A DNA stretch of 64,000 bases from the NCBI GenBank assembly GCA_964057225.1, contig OZ059900.1:25110001-25174000 (forward strand). Reading direction: 5' to 3'. The stretch is from Auanema rhodensis (Eukaryota > Animalia > Nematoda). Of this stretch, positions 41,101-56,100 are shown piece after piece. How positions within the stretch are numbered: position 1 is the stretch's first letter; every line of letters starts with the position of its first letter. Position numbers and translations under genes: made by a program. Under the pieces are notes generated by a model. It did no database searches. It saw only the letters and a list, made by a program, of their open reading frames with translations, and had not been told where the DNA came from.

Positions 41101-44100
41101 TCAGAATATGCTAATTTCCTTAATTTTCTAACCCCTGTTTTTTTGTCGTGAAAGTGGAACTAGACGTTGTACGAACAATTTTGAGCTAGGTTTCATTGAC
41201 ATTGCATGAGTTTGAACACATGAAATCGTAAGTCAAAACCTTGTTTACAGCGAAATTTCCAAAAACTGGTTTTCCAGCATAATAAAATATTTCTCATGGG
41301 AAATACAGTGTTTTTGTATTTTTTTAGTGTTCAGCATGTAAAATGCGTCATTTTAGTATGTAAAACGCTGAAATTCGTTGCATTTGACGACTCATATGAA
41401 CAAAAATCGATTTTATCAATATTAGCCATAAGGGGCGTGCCCTCAGAATATGCTAATTTCCTTAATTTTCTAACCCCTGTTTTTTTGTCGTGAAAGTGGA
41501 ACTAGACGTTGTACGAACAATTTTGAGCTAGGTTTCATTGACATTGCATGAGTTTGAACACATGAAATCGTAAGTCAAAACCTTGTTTACAGCGAAATTT
41601 CCAAAAACTGGTTTTCCAGCATAATAAAATATTTCTCAAGGGAAAAACTGTGTTTTTATATTTTTCTAGTGTTCAGCATGTGAAATGCTTAACTTTAGTA
41701 TGTAACACGCTGAAATTCGTTGCATTTGACGACTCATATGAACAAAAATCGATTTAATCAATATTAGCCATAAGGGGCGTGCCCTCAGAATATGCTAATT
41801 TCCTTAATTTTCTAACCCCTGTTTTTTTGTCGTGAAAGTGGAACTAGACGTTGTACGAACAATTTTGAGCTAGGTTTCATTGACATTGCATGAGTTTGAA
41901 CACATGAAATCGTAAGTCAAAACCTTGTTTACAGCGAAATTTCCAAAAACTGGTTTTCCAGCATAATAAAATATTTCTCATGGGAAATACTGTGTTTTTG
42001 TATTTTTCTAGTGTTCAGCATGTAAAATGCTTCATTTTAGTATGTAACACGCTGAAATTCGTTGCATTTGACGACTCATATGAACAAAAATCGATTTTAT
42101 CAATATTAGCCATAAGGGGCGTGCCCTCAGAATATGCTAATTTCCTTAATTTTCTAACCCCTGTTTTTTTGTCGTGAAAGTGGAACTAGACGTTGTACGA
42201 ACAATTTTGAGCTAGGTTTCATTGACATTGCATGAGTTTGAACACATGAAATCGTAAGTCAAAACCTTGTTTACAGCGAAATTTCCAAAAACTGGTTTTC
42301 CAGCATAATACAATATTTCTCATGGGAAATACTGTGTTTTTGTATTTTTCTAGTGTTCAGAATGTAGAATGCTTCATTTTAGTACGTAACACGCTGAAAT
42401 TCGTTGCATTTGACGACTCATATGAACAAAAATCGATTTAATCAATATTAGCCATAAGGGGCGTGCCCTCAGAATATGCTAATTTCCTTAATTTTCTAAC
42501 CCCTGTTTTTTTGTCGTGAAAGTGGAACTAGACGTTGTACGAACAATTTTGAGCTAGGTTTCATTGACATTGCATGAGTTTGAACACATGAAATCGTAAG
42601 TCAAAACCTTGTTTACAGCGAAATTTCCAAAAACTGGTTTTCCAGCATAATAAAATATTTCTCACGGGAAATACTGTGTTTTTGTATTTTTCTAGTGTTC
42701 AGCATGTAAAATGCTTCATTTTAGTATGTAACACGCTGAAATTCGTTGCATTTGACGACTCATATAAACAAAAATCGATTTAATCAATATTAGCCATAAG
42801 GGGCGTGCCCTCAGAATATGCTAATTTCCTTAATTTTCTAACCCCTGTTTTTTTGTCGTGAAAGTGGAACTAGACGTTGTACGAACAATTTTGAGCTAGG
42901 TTTCATTGACATTGCATGAGTTTGAACACATGAAATCGTAAGTCAAAACCTTGTTTACAGCGAAATTTCCAAAAACTGGTTTTCCAGCATAATAAAATAT
43001 TTCTCATGGGAAATACAGTGTTTTTGTATTTTTTTAGTGTTCAGCATGTAAAATGCGTCATTTTAGTATGTAAAACGCTGAAATTCGTTGCATTTGACGA
43101 CTCATATGAACAAAAATCGATTTTATCAATATTAGCCATAAGGGGCGTGCCCTCAGAATATGCTAATTTCCTTAATTTTCTAACCCCTGTTTTTTTGTCG
43201 TGAAAGTGGAACTAGACGTTGTACGAACAATTTTGAGCTAGGTTTCATTGACATTGCATGAGTTTGAACACATGAAATCGTAAGTCAAAACCTTGTTTAC
43301 AGCGAAATTTCCAAAAACTGGTTTTCCAGCATAATAAAATATTTCTCAAGGGAAAAACTGTGTTTTTATATTTTTCTAGTGTTCAGCATGTGAAATGCTT
43401 AACTTTAGTATGTAACACGCTGAAATTCGTTGCATTTGACGACTCATATGAACAAAAATCGATTTAATCAATATTAGCCATAAGGGGCGTGCCCTCAGAA
43501 TATGCTAATTTCCTTAATTTTCTAACCCCTGTTTTTTTGTCGTGAAAGTGGAACTAGACGTTGTACGAACAATTTTGAGCTAGGTTTCATTGACATTGCA
43601 TGAGTTTGAACACATGAAATCGTAAGTCAAAACCTTGTTTACAGCGAAATTTCCAAAAACTGGTTTTCCAGCATAATAAAATATTTCTCATGGGAAATAC
43701 TGTGTTTTTGTATTTTTCTAGTGTTCAGCATGTAAAATGCTTCATTTTAGTATGTAACACGCTGAAATTCGTTGCATTTGACGACTCATATGAACAAAAA
43801 TCGATTTAATCAATATTAGCCATAAGGGGCGTGCCCTCAGAATATGCTAATTTCCTTAATTTTCTAACCCCTGTTTTTTTGTCGTGAAAGTGGAACTAGA
43901 CGTTGTACGAACAATTTTGAGCTAGGTTTCATTGACATTGCATGAGTTTGAACACATGAAATCGTAAGTCAAAACCTTGTTTACAGCGAAATTTCCAAAA
44001 ACTGGTTTTCCAGCATAATAAAATATTTCTCATGGGAAATACAGTGTTTTTGTATTTTTTTAGTGTTCAGCATGTAAAATGCGTCATTTTAGTATGTAAA

Positions 44101-47100
44101 ACGCTGAAATTCGTTGCATTTGACGACTCATATGAACAAAAATCGATTTTATCAATATTAGCCATAAGGGGCGTGCCCTCAGAATATGCTAATTTCCTTA
44201 ATTTTCTAACCCCTGTTTTTTTGTCGTGAAAGTGGAACTAGACGTTGTACGAACATTTTTGAGCTAGGTTTCATTGACATTGCATGAGTTTGAACACATG
44301 AAATCGTAAGTCAAAACCTTGTTTACAGCGAAATTTCCAAAAACTGGTTTTCCAGCATAATACAATATTTCTCATGGGAAATACTGTGTTTTTGTATTTT
44401 TCTAGTGTTCAGAATGTAGAATGCTTCATTTTAGTACGTAACACGCTGAAATTCGTTGCATTTGACGACTCATATGAACAAAAATCGATTTAATCAATAT
44501 TAGCCATAAGGGGCGTGCCCTCAGAATATGCTAATTTCCTTAATTTTCTAACCCCTGTTTTTTTGTCGTGAAAGTGGAACTAGACGTTGTACGAACAATT
44601 TTGAGCTAGGTTTCATTGACATTGCATGAGTTTGAACACATGAAATCGTAAGTCAAAACCTTGTTTACAGCGAAATTTCCAAAAACTGGTTTTCCAGCAT
44701 AATAAAATATTTCTCATGGGAAATACTGTGTTTTTGTATTTTTCTAGTGTTCAGCATGTAAAATGCTTCATTTTAGTATGTAACACGCTGAAATTCGTTG
44801 CATTTGACGACTCATATGAACAAAAATCGATTTAATCAATATTAGCCATAAGGGGCGTGCCCTCAGAATATGCTAATTTCCTTAATTTTCTAACCCCTGT
44901 TTTTTTGTCGTGAAAGTGGAACTAGACGTTGTACGAACAATTTTGAGCTAGGTTTCATTGACATTGCATGAGTTTGAACACATGAAATCGTAAGTCAAAA
45001 CCTTGTTTACAGCGAAATTTCCAAAAACTGGTTTTCCAGCATAATAAAATATTTCTCAAGGGAAAAACTGTGTTTTTATATTTTTCTAGTGTTCAGCATG
45101 TGAAATGCTTAACTTTAGTATGTAACACGCTGAAATTCGTTGCATTTGACGACTCATATGAACAAAAATCGATTTAATCAATATTAGCCATAAGGGGCGT
45201 GCCCTCAGAATATGCTAATTTCCTTAATTTTCTAACCCCTGTTTTTTTGTCGTGAAAGTGGAACTAGACGTTGTACGAACAATTTTGAGCTAGGTTTCAT
45301 TGACATTGCATGAGTTTGAACACATGAAATCGTAAGTCAAAACCTTGTTTACAGCGAAATTTCCAAAAACTGGTTTTCCAGCATAATAAAATATTTCTCA
45401 TGGGAAATACTGTGTTTTTGTATTTTTCTAGTGTTCAGCATGTAAAATGCTTCATTTTAGTATGTAACACGCTGAAATTCGTTGCATTTGACGACTCATA
45501 TGAACAAAAATCGATTTAATCAATATTAGCCATAAGGGGCGTGCCCTCAGAATATGCTAATTTCCTTAATTTTCTAACCCCTGTTTTTTTGTTGTGAAAG
45601 TGGAACTAGACGTTGTACGAACAATTTTGAGCTAGGTTTCATTGACATTGCATGAGTTTGAACACATGAAATCGTAATTCAAAACCTTGTTTACAGCGAA
45701 ATTTCCAAAAACTGGTTTTCCAGCATAATAAAATATTTCTCATGGGAAATACAGTGTTTTTGTATTTTTTTAGTGTTCAGCATGTAAAATGCGTCATTTT
45801 AGTATGTAAAACGCTGAAATTCGTTGCATTTGACGACTCATATGAACAAAAATCGATTTTATCAATATTAGCCATAAGGGGCGTGCCCTCAGAATATGCT
45901 AATTTCCTTAATTTTCTAACCCCTGTTTTTTTGTCGTGAAAGTGGAACTAGACGTTGTACGAACATTTTTGAGCTAGGTTTCATTGACATTGCATGAGTT
46001 TGAACACATGAAATCGTAAGTCAAAACCTTGTTTACAGCGAAATTTCCAAAAACTGGTTTTCCAGCATAATACAATATTTCTCATGGGAAATACTGTGTT
46101 TTTGTATTTTTCTAGTGTTCAGAATGTAGAATGCTTCATTTTAGTACGTAACACGCTGAAATTCGTTGCATTTGACGACTCATATGAACAAAAATCGATT
46201 TAATCAATATTAGCCATAAGGGGCGTGCCCTCAGAATATGCTAATTTCCTTAATTTTCTAACCCCTGTTTTTTTGTCGTGAAAGTGGAACTAGACGTTGT
46301 ACGAACAATTTTGAGCTAGGTTTCATTGACATTGCATGAGTTTGAACACATGAAATCGTAAGTCAAAACCTTGTTTACAGCGAAATTTCCAAAAACTGGT
46401 TTTCCAGCATAATAAAATATTTCTCATGGGAAATACTGTGTTTTTGTATTTTTCTAGTGTTCAGCATGTAAAATGCTTCATTTTAGTATGTAACACGCTG
46501 AAATTCGTTGCATTTGACGACTCATATGAACAAAAATCGATTTAATCAATATTAGCCATAAGGGGCGTGCCCTCAGAATATGCTAATTTCCTTAATTTTC
46601 TAACCCCTGTTTTTTTGTCGTGAAAGTGGAACTAGACGTTGTACGAACAATTTTGAGCTAGGTTTCATTGACATTGCATGAGTTTGAACACATGAAATCG
46701 TAAGTCAAAACCTTGTTTACAGCGAAATTTCCAAAAACTGGTTTTCCAGCATAATAAAATATTTCTCATGGGAAATACAGTGTTTTTGTATTTTTTTAGT
46801 GTTCAGCATGTAAAATGCGTCATTTTAGTATGTAAAACGCTGAAATTCGTTGCATTTGACGACTCATATGAACAAAAATCGATTTTATCAATATTAGCCA
46901 TAAGGGGCGTGCCCTCAGAATATGCTAATTTCCTTAATTTTCTAACCCCTGTTTTTTTGTCGTGAAAGTGGAACTAGACGTTGTACGAACAATTTTGAGC
47001 TAGGTTTCATTGACATTGCATGAGTTTGAACACATGAAATCGTAAGTCAAAACCTTGTTTACAGCGAAATTTCCAAAAACTGGTTTTCCAGCATAATACA

Positions 47101-50100
47101 ATATTTCTCATGGGAAATACTGTGTTTTTGTATTTTTCTAGTGTTCAGAATGTAGAATGCTTCATTTTAGTACGTAACACGCTGAAATTCGTTGCATTTG
47201 ACGACTCATATGAACAAAAATCGATTTAATCAATATTAGCCATAAGGGGCGTGCCCTCAGAATATGCTAATTTCCTTAATTTTCTAACCCCTGTTTTTTT
47301 GTCGTGAAAGTGGAACTAGACGTTGTACGAACAATTTTGAGCTAGGTTTCATTGACATTGCATGAGATTGAACACATGAAATCGTAAGTCAAAACCTTGT
47401 TTACAGCGAAATTTCCAAAAACTGGTTTTCCAGCATAATAAAATATTTCTCATGGGAAATACTGTGTTTTTGTATTTTTCTAGTGTTCAGCATGTAAAAT
47501 GCTTCATTTTAGTATGTAACACGCTGAAATTCGTTGCATTTGACGACTCATATGAACAAAAATCGATTTAATCAATATTAGCCATAAGGGGCGTGCCCTC
47601 AGAATATGCTAATTTCCTTAATTTTCTAACCCCTGTTTTTTTGTCGTGAAAGTGGAACTAGACGTTGTACGAACAATTTTGAGCTAGGTTTCATTGACAT
47701 TGCATGAGTTTGAACACATAAAATCGTAAGTCAAAACCTTGTTTACAGCGAAATTTCCAAAAACTGGTTTTCCAGCATAATAAAATATTTCTCATGGGAA
47801 ATACAGTGTTTTTGTATTTTTTTAGTGTTCAGCATGTAAAATGCGTCATTTTAGTATGTAAAACGCTGAAATTCGTTGCATTTGACGACTCATATGAACA
47901 AAAATCGATTTTATCAATATTAGCCATAAGGGGCGTGCCCTCAGAATATGCTAATTTCCTTAATTTTCTAACCCCTGTTTTTTTGTCGTGAAAGTGGAAC
48001 TAGACGTTGTACGAACAATTTTGAGCTAGGTTTCATTGACATTGCATGAGTTTGAACACATGAAATCGTAAGTCAAAACCTTGTTTACAGCGAAATTTCC
48101 AAAAACTGGTTTTCCAGCATAATACAATATTTCTCATGGGAAATACTGTGTTTTTGTATTTTTCTAGTGTTCAGCATGTAAAATGCTTCATTTTAGTATG
48201 TAACACGCTGAAATTCGTTGCATTTGACGACTCATATGAACAAAAATCGATTTAATCAATATTAGCCATAAGGGGCGTGCCCTCAGAATATGCTAATTTC
48301 CTTAATTTTCTAACCCCTGTTTTTTTGTCGTGAAAGTGGAACTAGACGTTGTACGAACAATTTTGAGCTAGGTTTCATTGACATTGCATGAGTTTGAACA
48401 CATGAAATCGTAAGTCAAAACCTTGTTTACAGCGAAATTTCCAAAAACTGGTTTTCCAGCATAATAAAATATTTCTCATGGGAAATACAGTGTTTTTGTA
48501 TTTTTTTAGTGTTCAGCATGTAAAATGCGTCATTTTAGTATGTAAAACGCTGAAATTCGTTGCATTTGACGACTCATATGAACAAAAATCGATTTTATCA
48601 ATATTAGCCATAAGGGGCGTGCCCTCAGAATATGCTAATTTCCTTAATTTTCTAACCCCTGTTTTTTTGTCGTGAAAGTGGAACTAGACGTTGTACGAAC
48701 AATTTTGAGCTAGGTTTCATTGACATTGCATGAGTTTGAACACATGAAATCGTAAGTCAAAACCTTGTTTACAGCGAAATTTCCAAAAACTGGTTTTCCA
48801 GCATAATAAAATATTTCTCAAGGGAAAAACTGTGTTTTTATATTTTTCTAGTGTTCAGCATGTGAAATGCTTAATTTTAGTATGTAACACGCTGAAATTC
48901 GTTGCATTTGACGACTCATATGAACAAAAATCGATTTAATCAATATTAGCCATAAGGGGCGTGCCCTCAGAATATGCTAATTTCCTTAATTTTCTAACCC
49001 CTGTTTTTTTGTCGTGAAAGTGGAACTAGACGTTGTACGAACAATTTTGAGCTAGGTTTCATTGACATTGCATGAGTTTGAACACATGAAATCGTAAGTC
49101 AAAACCTTGTTTACAGCGAAATTTCCAAAAACTGGTTTTCCAGCATAATAAAATATTTCTCATATGAAAAACTGTGTTTTTGTATTTTTCTAGTGTTCAG
49201 CATGTAAAATGCTTCATTTTAGTATATAGCACACTGAAATTTGTTGCATTTGACGACTCATATGAACAAAAATTGATTTTATCAATATTAGCCATAAGGG
49301 GCGTGCCCTCAGAATATGCTAATTTCCTTAATTTTCTAACCCCTGTTTTTTTGTCGTGAAAGTGGAACTAGACGTTGTACGAACAATTTTGAGCTAGGTT
49401 TCATTGACATTGCATGAGTTTGAACACATGAAATCGTAAGTCAAAACCTTGTTTACAGCGAAATTTCCAAAAACTGGTTTTCCAGCATAATAAAATATTT
49501 CTCATGGGAAATACAGTGTTTTTGTATTTTTTTAGTGTTCAGCATGTAAAATGCGTCATTTTAGTATGTAAAACGCTGAAATTCGTTGCATTTGACGACT
49601 CATATGAACAAAAATCGATTTTATCAATATTAGCCATAAGGGGCGTGCCCTCAGAATATGCTAATTTCCTTAATTTTCTAACCCCTGTTTTTTTGTCGTG
49701 AAAGTGGAACTAGACGTTGTACGAACAATTTTGAGCTAGGTTTCATTGACATTGCATGAGTTTGAACACATGAAATCGTAAGTCAAAACCTTGTTTACAG
49801 CGAAATTTCCAAAAACTGGTTTTCCAGCATAATAAAATATTTCTCAAGGGAAAAACTGTGTTTTTATATTTTTCTAGTGTTCAGCATGTGAAATGCTTAA
49901 TTTTAGTATGTAACACGCTGAAATTTGTTGCATTTGACGACTCATATGAACAAAAATCGATTTAATCAATATTAGCCATAAGGGGCGTGCCCTCAGAATA
50001 TGCTAATTTCCTTAATTTTCTAACCCCTGTTTTTTTGTCGTGAAAGTGGAACTAGACGTTGTACGAACAATTTTGAGCTAGGTTTCATTGACATTGCATG

Positions 50101-53100
50101 AGTTTGAACACATGAAATCGTAAGTCAAAACCTTGTTTACAGCGAAATTTCCAAAAACTGGTTTTCCAGCATAATAAAATATTTCTCATGAGAAATACAG
50201 TGTTTTTGTATTTTTTTAGTGTTCAGCATGTAAAATGCGTCATTTTAGTATGTAAAACGCTGAAATTCGTTGCATTTGACGACTCATATGAACAAAAATC
50301 GATTTTATCAATATTAGCCATAAGGGGCGTGCCCTCAGAATATGCTAATTTCCTTAATTTTCTAACCCCTGTTTTTTTGTCGTGAAAGTGGAACTAGACG
50401 TTGTACGAACAATTTTGAGCTAGGTTTCATTGACATTGCATGAGTTTGAACACATGAAATCGTAAGTCAAAACCTTGTTTACAGCGAAATTTCCAAAAAC
50501 TGGTTTTCCAGCATAATACAATATTTCTCATGGGAAATACTGTGTTTTTGTATTTTTCTAGTGTTCAGAATGTAGAATGCTTCATTTTAGTACGTAACAC
50601 GCTGAAATTCGTTGCATTTGACGACTCATATGAACAAAAATCGATTTAATCAATATTAGCCATAAGGGGCGTGCCCTCAGAATATGCTAATTTCCTTAAT
50701 TTTCTAACCCCTGTTTTTTTGTCGTGAAAGTGGAACTAGACGTTGTACGAACAATTTTGAGCTAGGTTTCATTGACATTGCATGAGTTTGAACACATGAG
50801 ATCGTAAGTCAAAACCTTGTTTACAGCGAAATTTCCAAAAACTGGTTTTCCAGCATAATAAAATATTTCTCATGGGAAATACAGTGTTTTTGTATTTTTT
50901 TAGTGTTCAGCATGTAAAATGCTTCATTTTAGTATGTAACACGCTGAAATTCGTTGCATTTGACGACTCATATGAACAAAAATCGATTTAATCAATATTA
51001 GCCATAAGGGGCGTGCCCTCAGAATATGCTAATTTCCTTAATTTTCTAACCCCTGTTTTTTTGTCGTGAAAGTGGAACTAGACGTTGTACGAACAATTTT
51101 GAGCTAGGTTTCATTGACATTGCATGAGTTTGAACACATGAAATCGTAAGTCAAAACCTTGTTTACAGCGAAATTTCCAAAAACTGGTTTTCCAGCATAA
51201 TACAATATTTCTCATGGGAAATACAGTGTTTTTGTATTTTTTTAGTGTTCAGCATGTAAAATGCTTCATTTTAGTATGTAACACGCTGAAATTCGTTGCA
51301 TTTGACGACTCATATGAACAAAAATCGATTTAATCAATATTAGCCATAAGGGGCGTGCCCTCAGAATATGCTAATTTCCTTAATTTTCTAACCCCTGTTT
51401 TTTTGTCGTGAAAGTGGAACTAGACGTTGTACGAACAATTTTGAGCTAGGTTTCATTGACATTGCATGAGTTTGAACACATGAAATCGTAAGTCAAAACC
51501 TTGTTTACAGCGAAATTTCCAAAAACTGGTTTTCCAGCATAATAAAATATTTCTCATGGGAAATACAGTGTTTTTGTATTTTTTTAGTGTTCAGCATGTA
51601 AAATGCGTCATTTTAGTATGTAAAACGCTGAGATTCGTTGCATTTGACGACTCATATGAACAAAAATCGATTTTATCAATATTAGCCATAAGGGGCGTGC
51701 CCTCAGAATATGCTAATTTCCTTAATTTTCTAACCCCTGTTTTTTTGTCGTGAAAGTGGAACTAGACGTTGTACGAACAATTTTGAGCTAGGTTTCATTG
51801 ACATTGCATGAGTTTGAACACATGAAATCGTAAGTCAAAACCTTGTTTACAGCGAAATTTCCAAAAACTGGTTTTCCAGCATAATACAATATTTCTCATG
51901 GGAAATACTGTGTTTTTGTATTTTTCTAGTGTTCAGAATGTAGAATGCTTCATTTTAGTACGTAACACGCTGAAATTCGTTGCATTTGACGACTCATATG
52001 AACAAAAATCGATTTAATCAATATTAGCCATAAGGGGCGTGCCCTCAGAATATGCTAATTTCCTTAATTTTCTAACCCCTGTTTTTTTGTCGTGAAAGTG
52101 GAACTAGACGTTGTACGAACAATTTTGAGCTAGGTTTCATTGACATTGCATGAGTTTGAACACATGAAATCGTAAGTCAAAACCTTGTTTACAGCGAAAT
52201 TTCCAAAAACTGGTTTTCCAGCATAATAAAATATTTCTCATGGGAAATACTGTGTTTTTGTATTTTTCTAGTGTTCAGCATGTAAAATGCTTCATTTTAG
52301 TATGTAACACGCTGAAATTCGTTGCATTTGACGACTCATATGAACAAAAATCGATTTAATCAATATTAGCCATAAGGGGCGTGCCCTCAGAATATGCTAA
52401 TTTCCTTAATTTTCTAACCCCTGTTTTTTTGTCGTGAAAGTGGAACTAGACGTTGTACGAACAATTTTGAGCTAGGTTTCATTGACATTGCATGAGTTTG
52501 AACACATGAAATCGTAAGTCAAAACCTTGTTTACAGCGAAATTTCCAAAAACTGGTTTTCCAGCATAATAAAATATTTCTCATGGGAAATACAGTGTTTT
52601 TGTATTTTTTTAGTGTTCAGCATGTAAAATGCGTCATTTTAGTATGTAAAACGCTGAAATTCGTTGCATTTGACGACTCATATGAACAAAAATCGATTTT
52701 ATCAATATTAGCCATAAGGGGCGTGCCCTCAGAATATGCTAATTTCCTTAATTTTCTAACCCCTGTTTTTTTGTCGTGAAAGTGGAACTAGACGTTGTAC
52801 GAACAATTTTGAGCTAGGTTTCATTGACATTGCATGAGTTTGAACACATGAAATCGTAAGTCAAAACCTTGTTTACAGCGAAATTTCCAAAAACTGGTTT
52901 TCCAGCATAATACAATATTTCTCATGGGAAATACTGTGTTTTTGTATTTTTCTAGTGTTCAGAATGTAGAATGCTTCATTTTAGTACGTAACACGCTGAA
53001 ATTCGTTGCATTTGACGACTCATATGAACGAAAATCGATTTAATCAATATTAGCCATAAGGGGCGTGCCCTCAGAATATGCTAATTTCCTTAATTTTCTA

Positions 53101-56100
53101 ACCCCTGTTTTTTTGTCGTGAAAGTGGAACTAGACGTTGTACGAACAATTTTGAGCTAGGTTTCATTGACATTGCATGAGTTTGAACACATGAAATCGTA
53201 AGTCAAAACCTTGTTTACAGCGAAATTTCCAAAAACTGGTTTTCCAGCATAATAAAATATTTCTCATGGGAAATACTGTGTTTTTGTATTTTTCTAGTGT
53301 TCAGCATGTAAAATGCTTCATTTTAGTATGTAACACGCTGAAATTCGTTGCATTTGACGACTCATATGAACAAAAATCGATTTAATCAATATTAGCCATA
53401 AGGGGCGTGCCCTCAGAATATGCTAATTTCCTTAATTTTCTAACCCCTGTTTTTTTGTCGTGAACGTGGAACTAGACGTTGTACGAACAATTTTGAGCTA
53501 GGTTTCATTGACATTGCATGAGTTTGAACACATGAAATCGTAAGTCAAAACCTTGTTTACAGCGAAATTTCCAAAAACTGGTTTTCCAGCATAATAAAAT
53601 ATTTCTCATGGGAAATACAGTGTTTTTGTATTTTTTTAGTGTTCAGCATGTAAAATGCGTCATTTTAGTATGTAAAACGCTGAAATTCGTTGCATTTGAC
53701 GACTCATATGAACAAAAATCGATTTTATCAATATTAGCCATAAGGGGCGTGCCCTCAGAATATGCTAATTTCCTTAATTTTCTAACCCCTGTTTTTTTGT
53801 CGTGAAAGTGGAACTAGACGTTGTACGAACAATTTTGAGCTAGGTTTCATTGACATTGCATGAGTTTGAACACATGAAATCGTAAGTCAAAACCTTGTTT
53901 ACAGCGAAATTTCCAAAAACTGGTTTTCCAGCATAATACAATATTTCTCATGGGAAATACTGTGTTTTTGTATTTTTCTAGTGTTCAGAATGTAGAATGC
54001 TTCATTTTAGTACGTAACACGCTGAAATTCGTTGCATTTGACGACTCATATGAACAAAAATCGATTTAATCAATATTAGCCATAAGGGGCGTGCCCTCAG
54101 AATATGCTAATTTCCTTAATTTTCTAACCCCTGTTTTTTTGTCGTGAAAGTGGAACTAGACGTTGTACGAACAATTTTGAGCTAGGTTTCATTGACATTG
54201 CATGAGTTTGAACACATGAAATCGTAAGTCAAAACCTTGTTTACAGCGAAATTTCCAAAAACTGGTTTTCCAGCATAATAAAATATTTCTCATGGGAAAT
54301 ACTGTGTTTTTGTATTTTTCTAGTGTTCAGCATGTAAAATGCTTCATTTTAGTATGTAACACGCTGAAATTCGTTGCATTTGACGACTCATATGAACAAA
54401 AATCGATTTAATCAATATTAGCCATAAGGGGCGTGCCCTCAGAATATGCTAATTTCCTTAATTTTCTAACCCCTGTTTTTTTGTCGTGAAAGTGGAACTA
54501 GACGTTGTACGAACAATTTTGAGCTAGGTTTCATTGACATTGCATGAGTTTGAACACATGAAATCGTAAGTCAAAACCTTGTTTACAGCGAAATTTCCAA
54601 AAACTGGTTTTCCAGCATAATAAAATATTTCTCATGGGAAATACAGTGTTTTTGTATTTTTTTAGTGTTCAGCATGTAAAATGCGTCATTTTAGTATGTA
54701 AAACGCTGAAATTCGTTGCATTTGACGACTCATATGAACAAAAATCGATTTTATCAATATTAGCCATAAGGGGCGTGCCCTCAGAATATGCTAATTTCCT
54801 TAATTTTCTAACCCCTGTTTTTTTGTCGTGAAAGTGGAACTAGACGTTGTACGAACAATTTTGAGCTAGGTTTCATTGACATTGCATGAGTTTGAACACA
54901 TGAAATCGTAAGTCAAAACCTTGTTTACAGCGAAATTTCCAAAAACTGGTTTTCCAGCATAATACAATATTTCTCATGGGAAATACTGTGTTTTTGTATT
55001 TTTCTAGTGTTCAGAATGTAGAATGCTTCATTTTAGTACGTAACACGCTGAAATTCGTTGCATTTGACGACTCATATGAACAAAAATCGATTTAATCAAT
55101 ATTAGCCATAAGGGGCGTGCCCTCAGAATATGCTAATTTCCTTAATTTTCTAACCCCTGTTTTTTTGTCGTGAAAGTGGAACTAGACGTTGTACGAACAA
55201 TTTTGAGCTAGGTTTCATTGACATTGCATGAGTTTGAACACATGAAATCGTAAGTCAAAACCTTGTTTACAGCGAAATTTCCAAAAACTGGTTTTCCAGC
55301 ATAATAAAATATTTCTCATGGGAAATACTGTGTTTTTGTATTTTTCTAGTGTTCAGCATGTAAAATGCTTCATTTTAGTATGTAACACGCTGAAATTCGT
55401 TGCATTTGACGACTCATATGAACAAAAATCGATTTAATCAATATTAGCCATAAGGGGCGTGCCCTCAGAATATGCTAATTTCCTTAATTTTCTAACCCCT
55501 GTTTTTTTGTCGTGAAAGTGGAACTAGACGTTGTACGAACAATTTTGAGCTAGGTTTCATTGACATTGCATGAGTTTGAACACATGAAATCGTAAGTCAA
55601 AACCTTGTTTACAGCGAAATTTCCAAAAACTGGTTTTCCAGCATAATAAAATATTTCTCATGGGAAATACAGTGTTTTTGTATTTTTTTAGTGTTCAGCA
55701 TGTAAAATGCGTCATTTTAGTATGTAAAACGCTGAAATTCGTTGCATTTGACGACTCATATGAACAAAAATCGATTTTATCAATATTAGCCATAAGGGGC
55801 GTGCCCTCAGAATATGCTAATTTCCTTAATTTTCTAACCCCTGTTTTTTTGTCGTGAAAGTGGAACTAGACGTTGTACGAACAATTTTGAGCTAGGTTTC
55901 ATTGACATTGCATGAGTTTGAACACATGAAATCGTAAGTCAAAACCTTGTTTACAGCGAAATTTCCAAAAACTGGTTTTCCAGCATAATAAAATATTTCT
56001 CAAGGGAAAAACTGTGTTTTTATATTTTTCTAGTGTTCAGCATGTGAAATGCTTAACTTTAGTATGTAACACGCTGAAATTCGTTGCATTTGACGACTCA

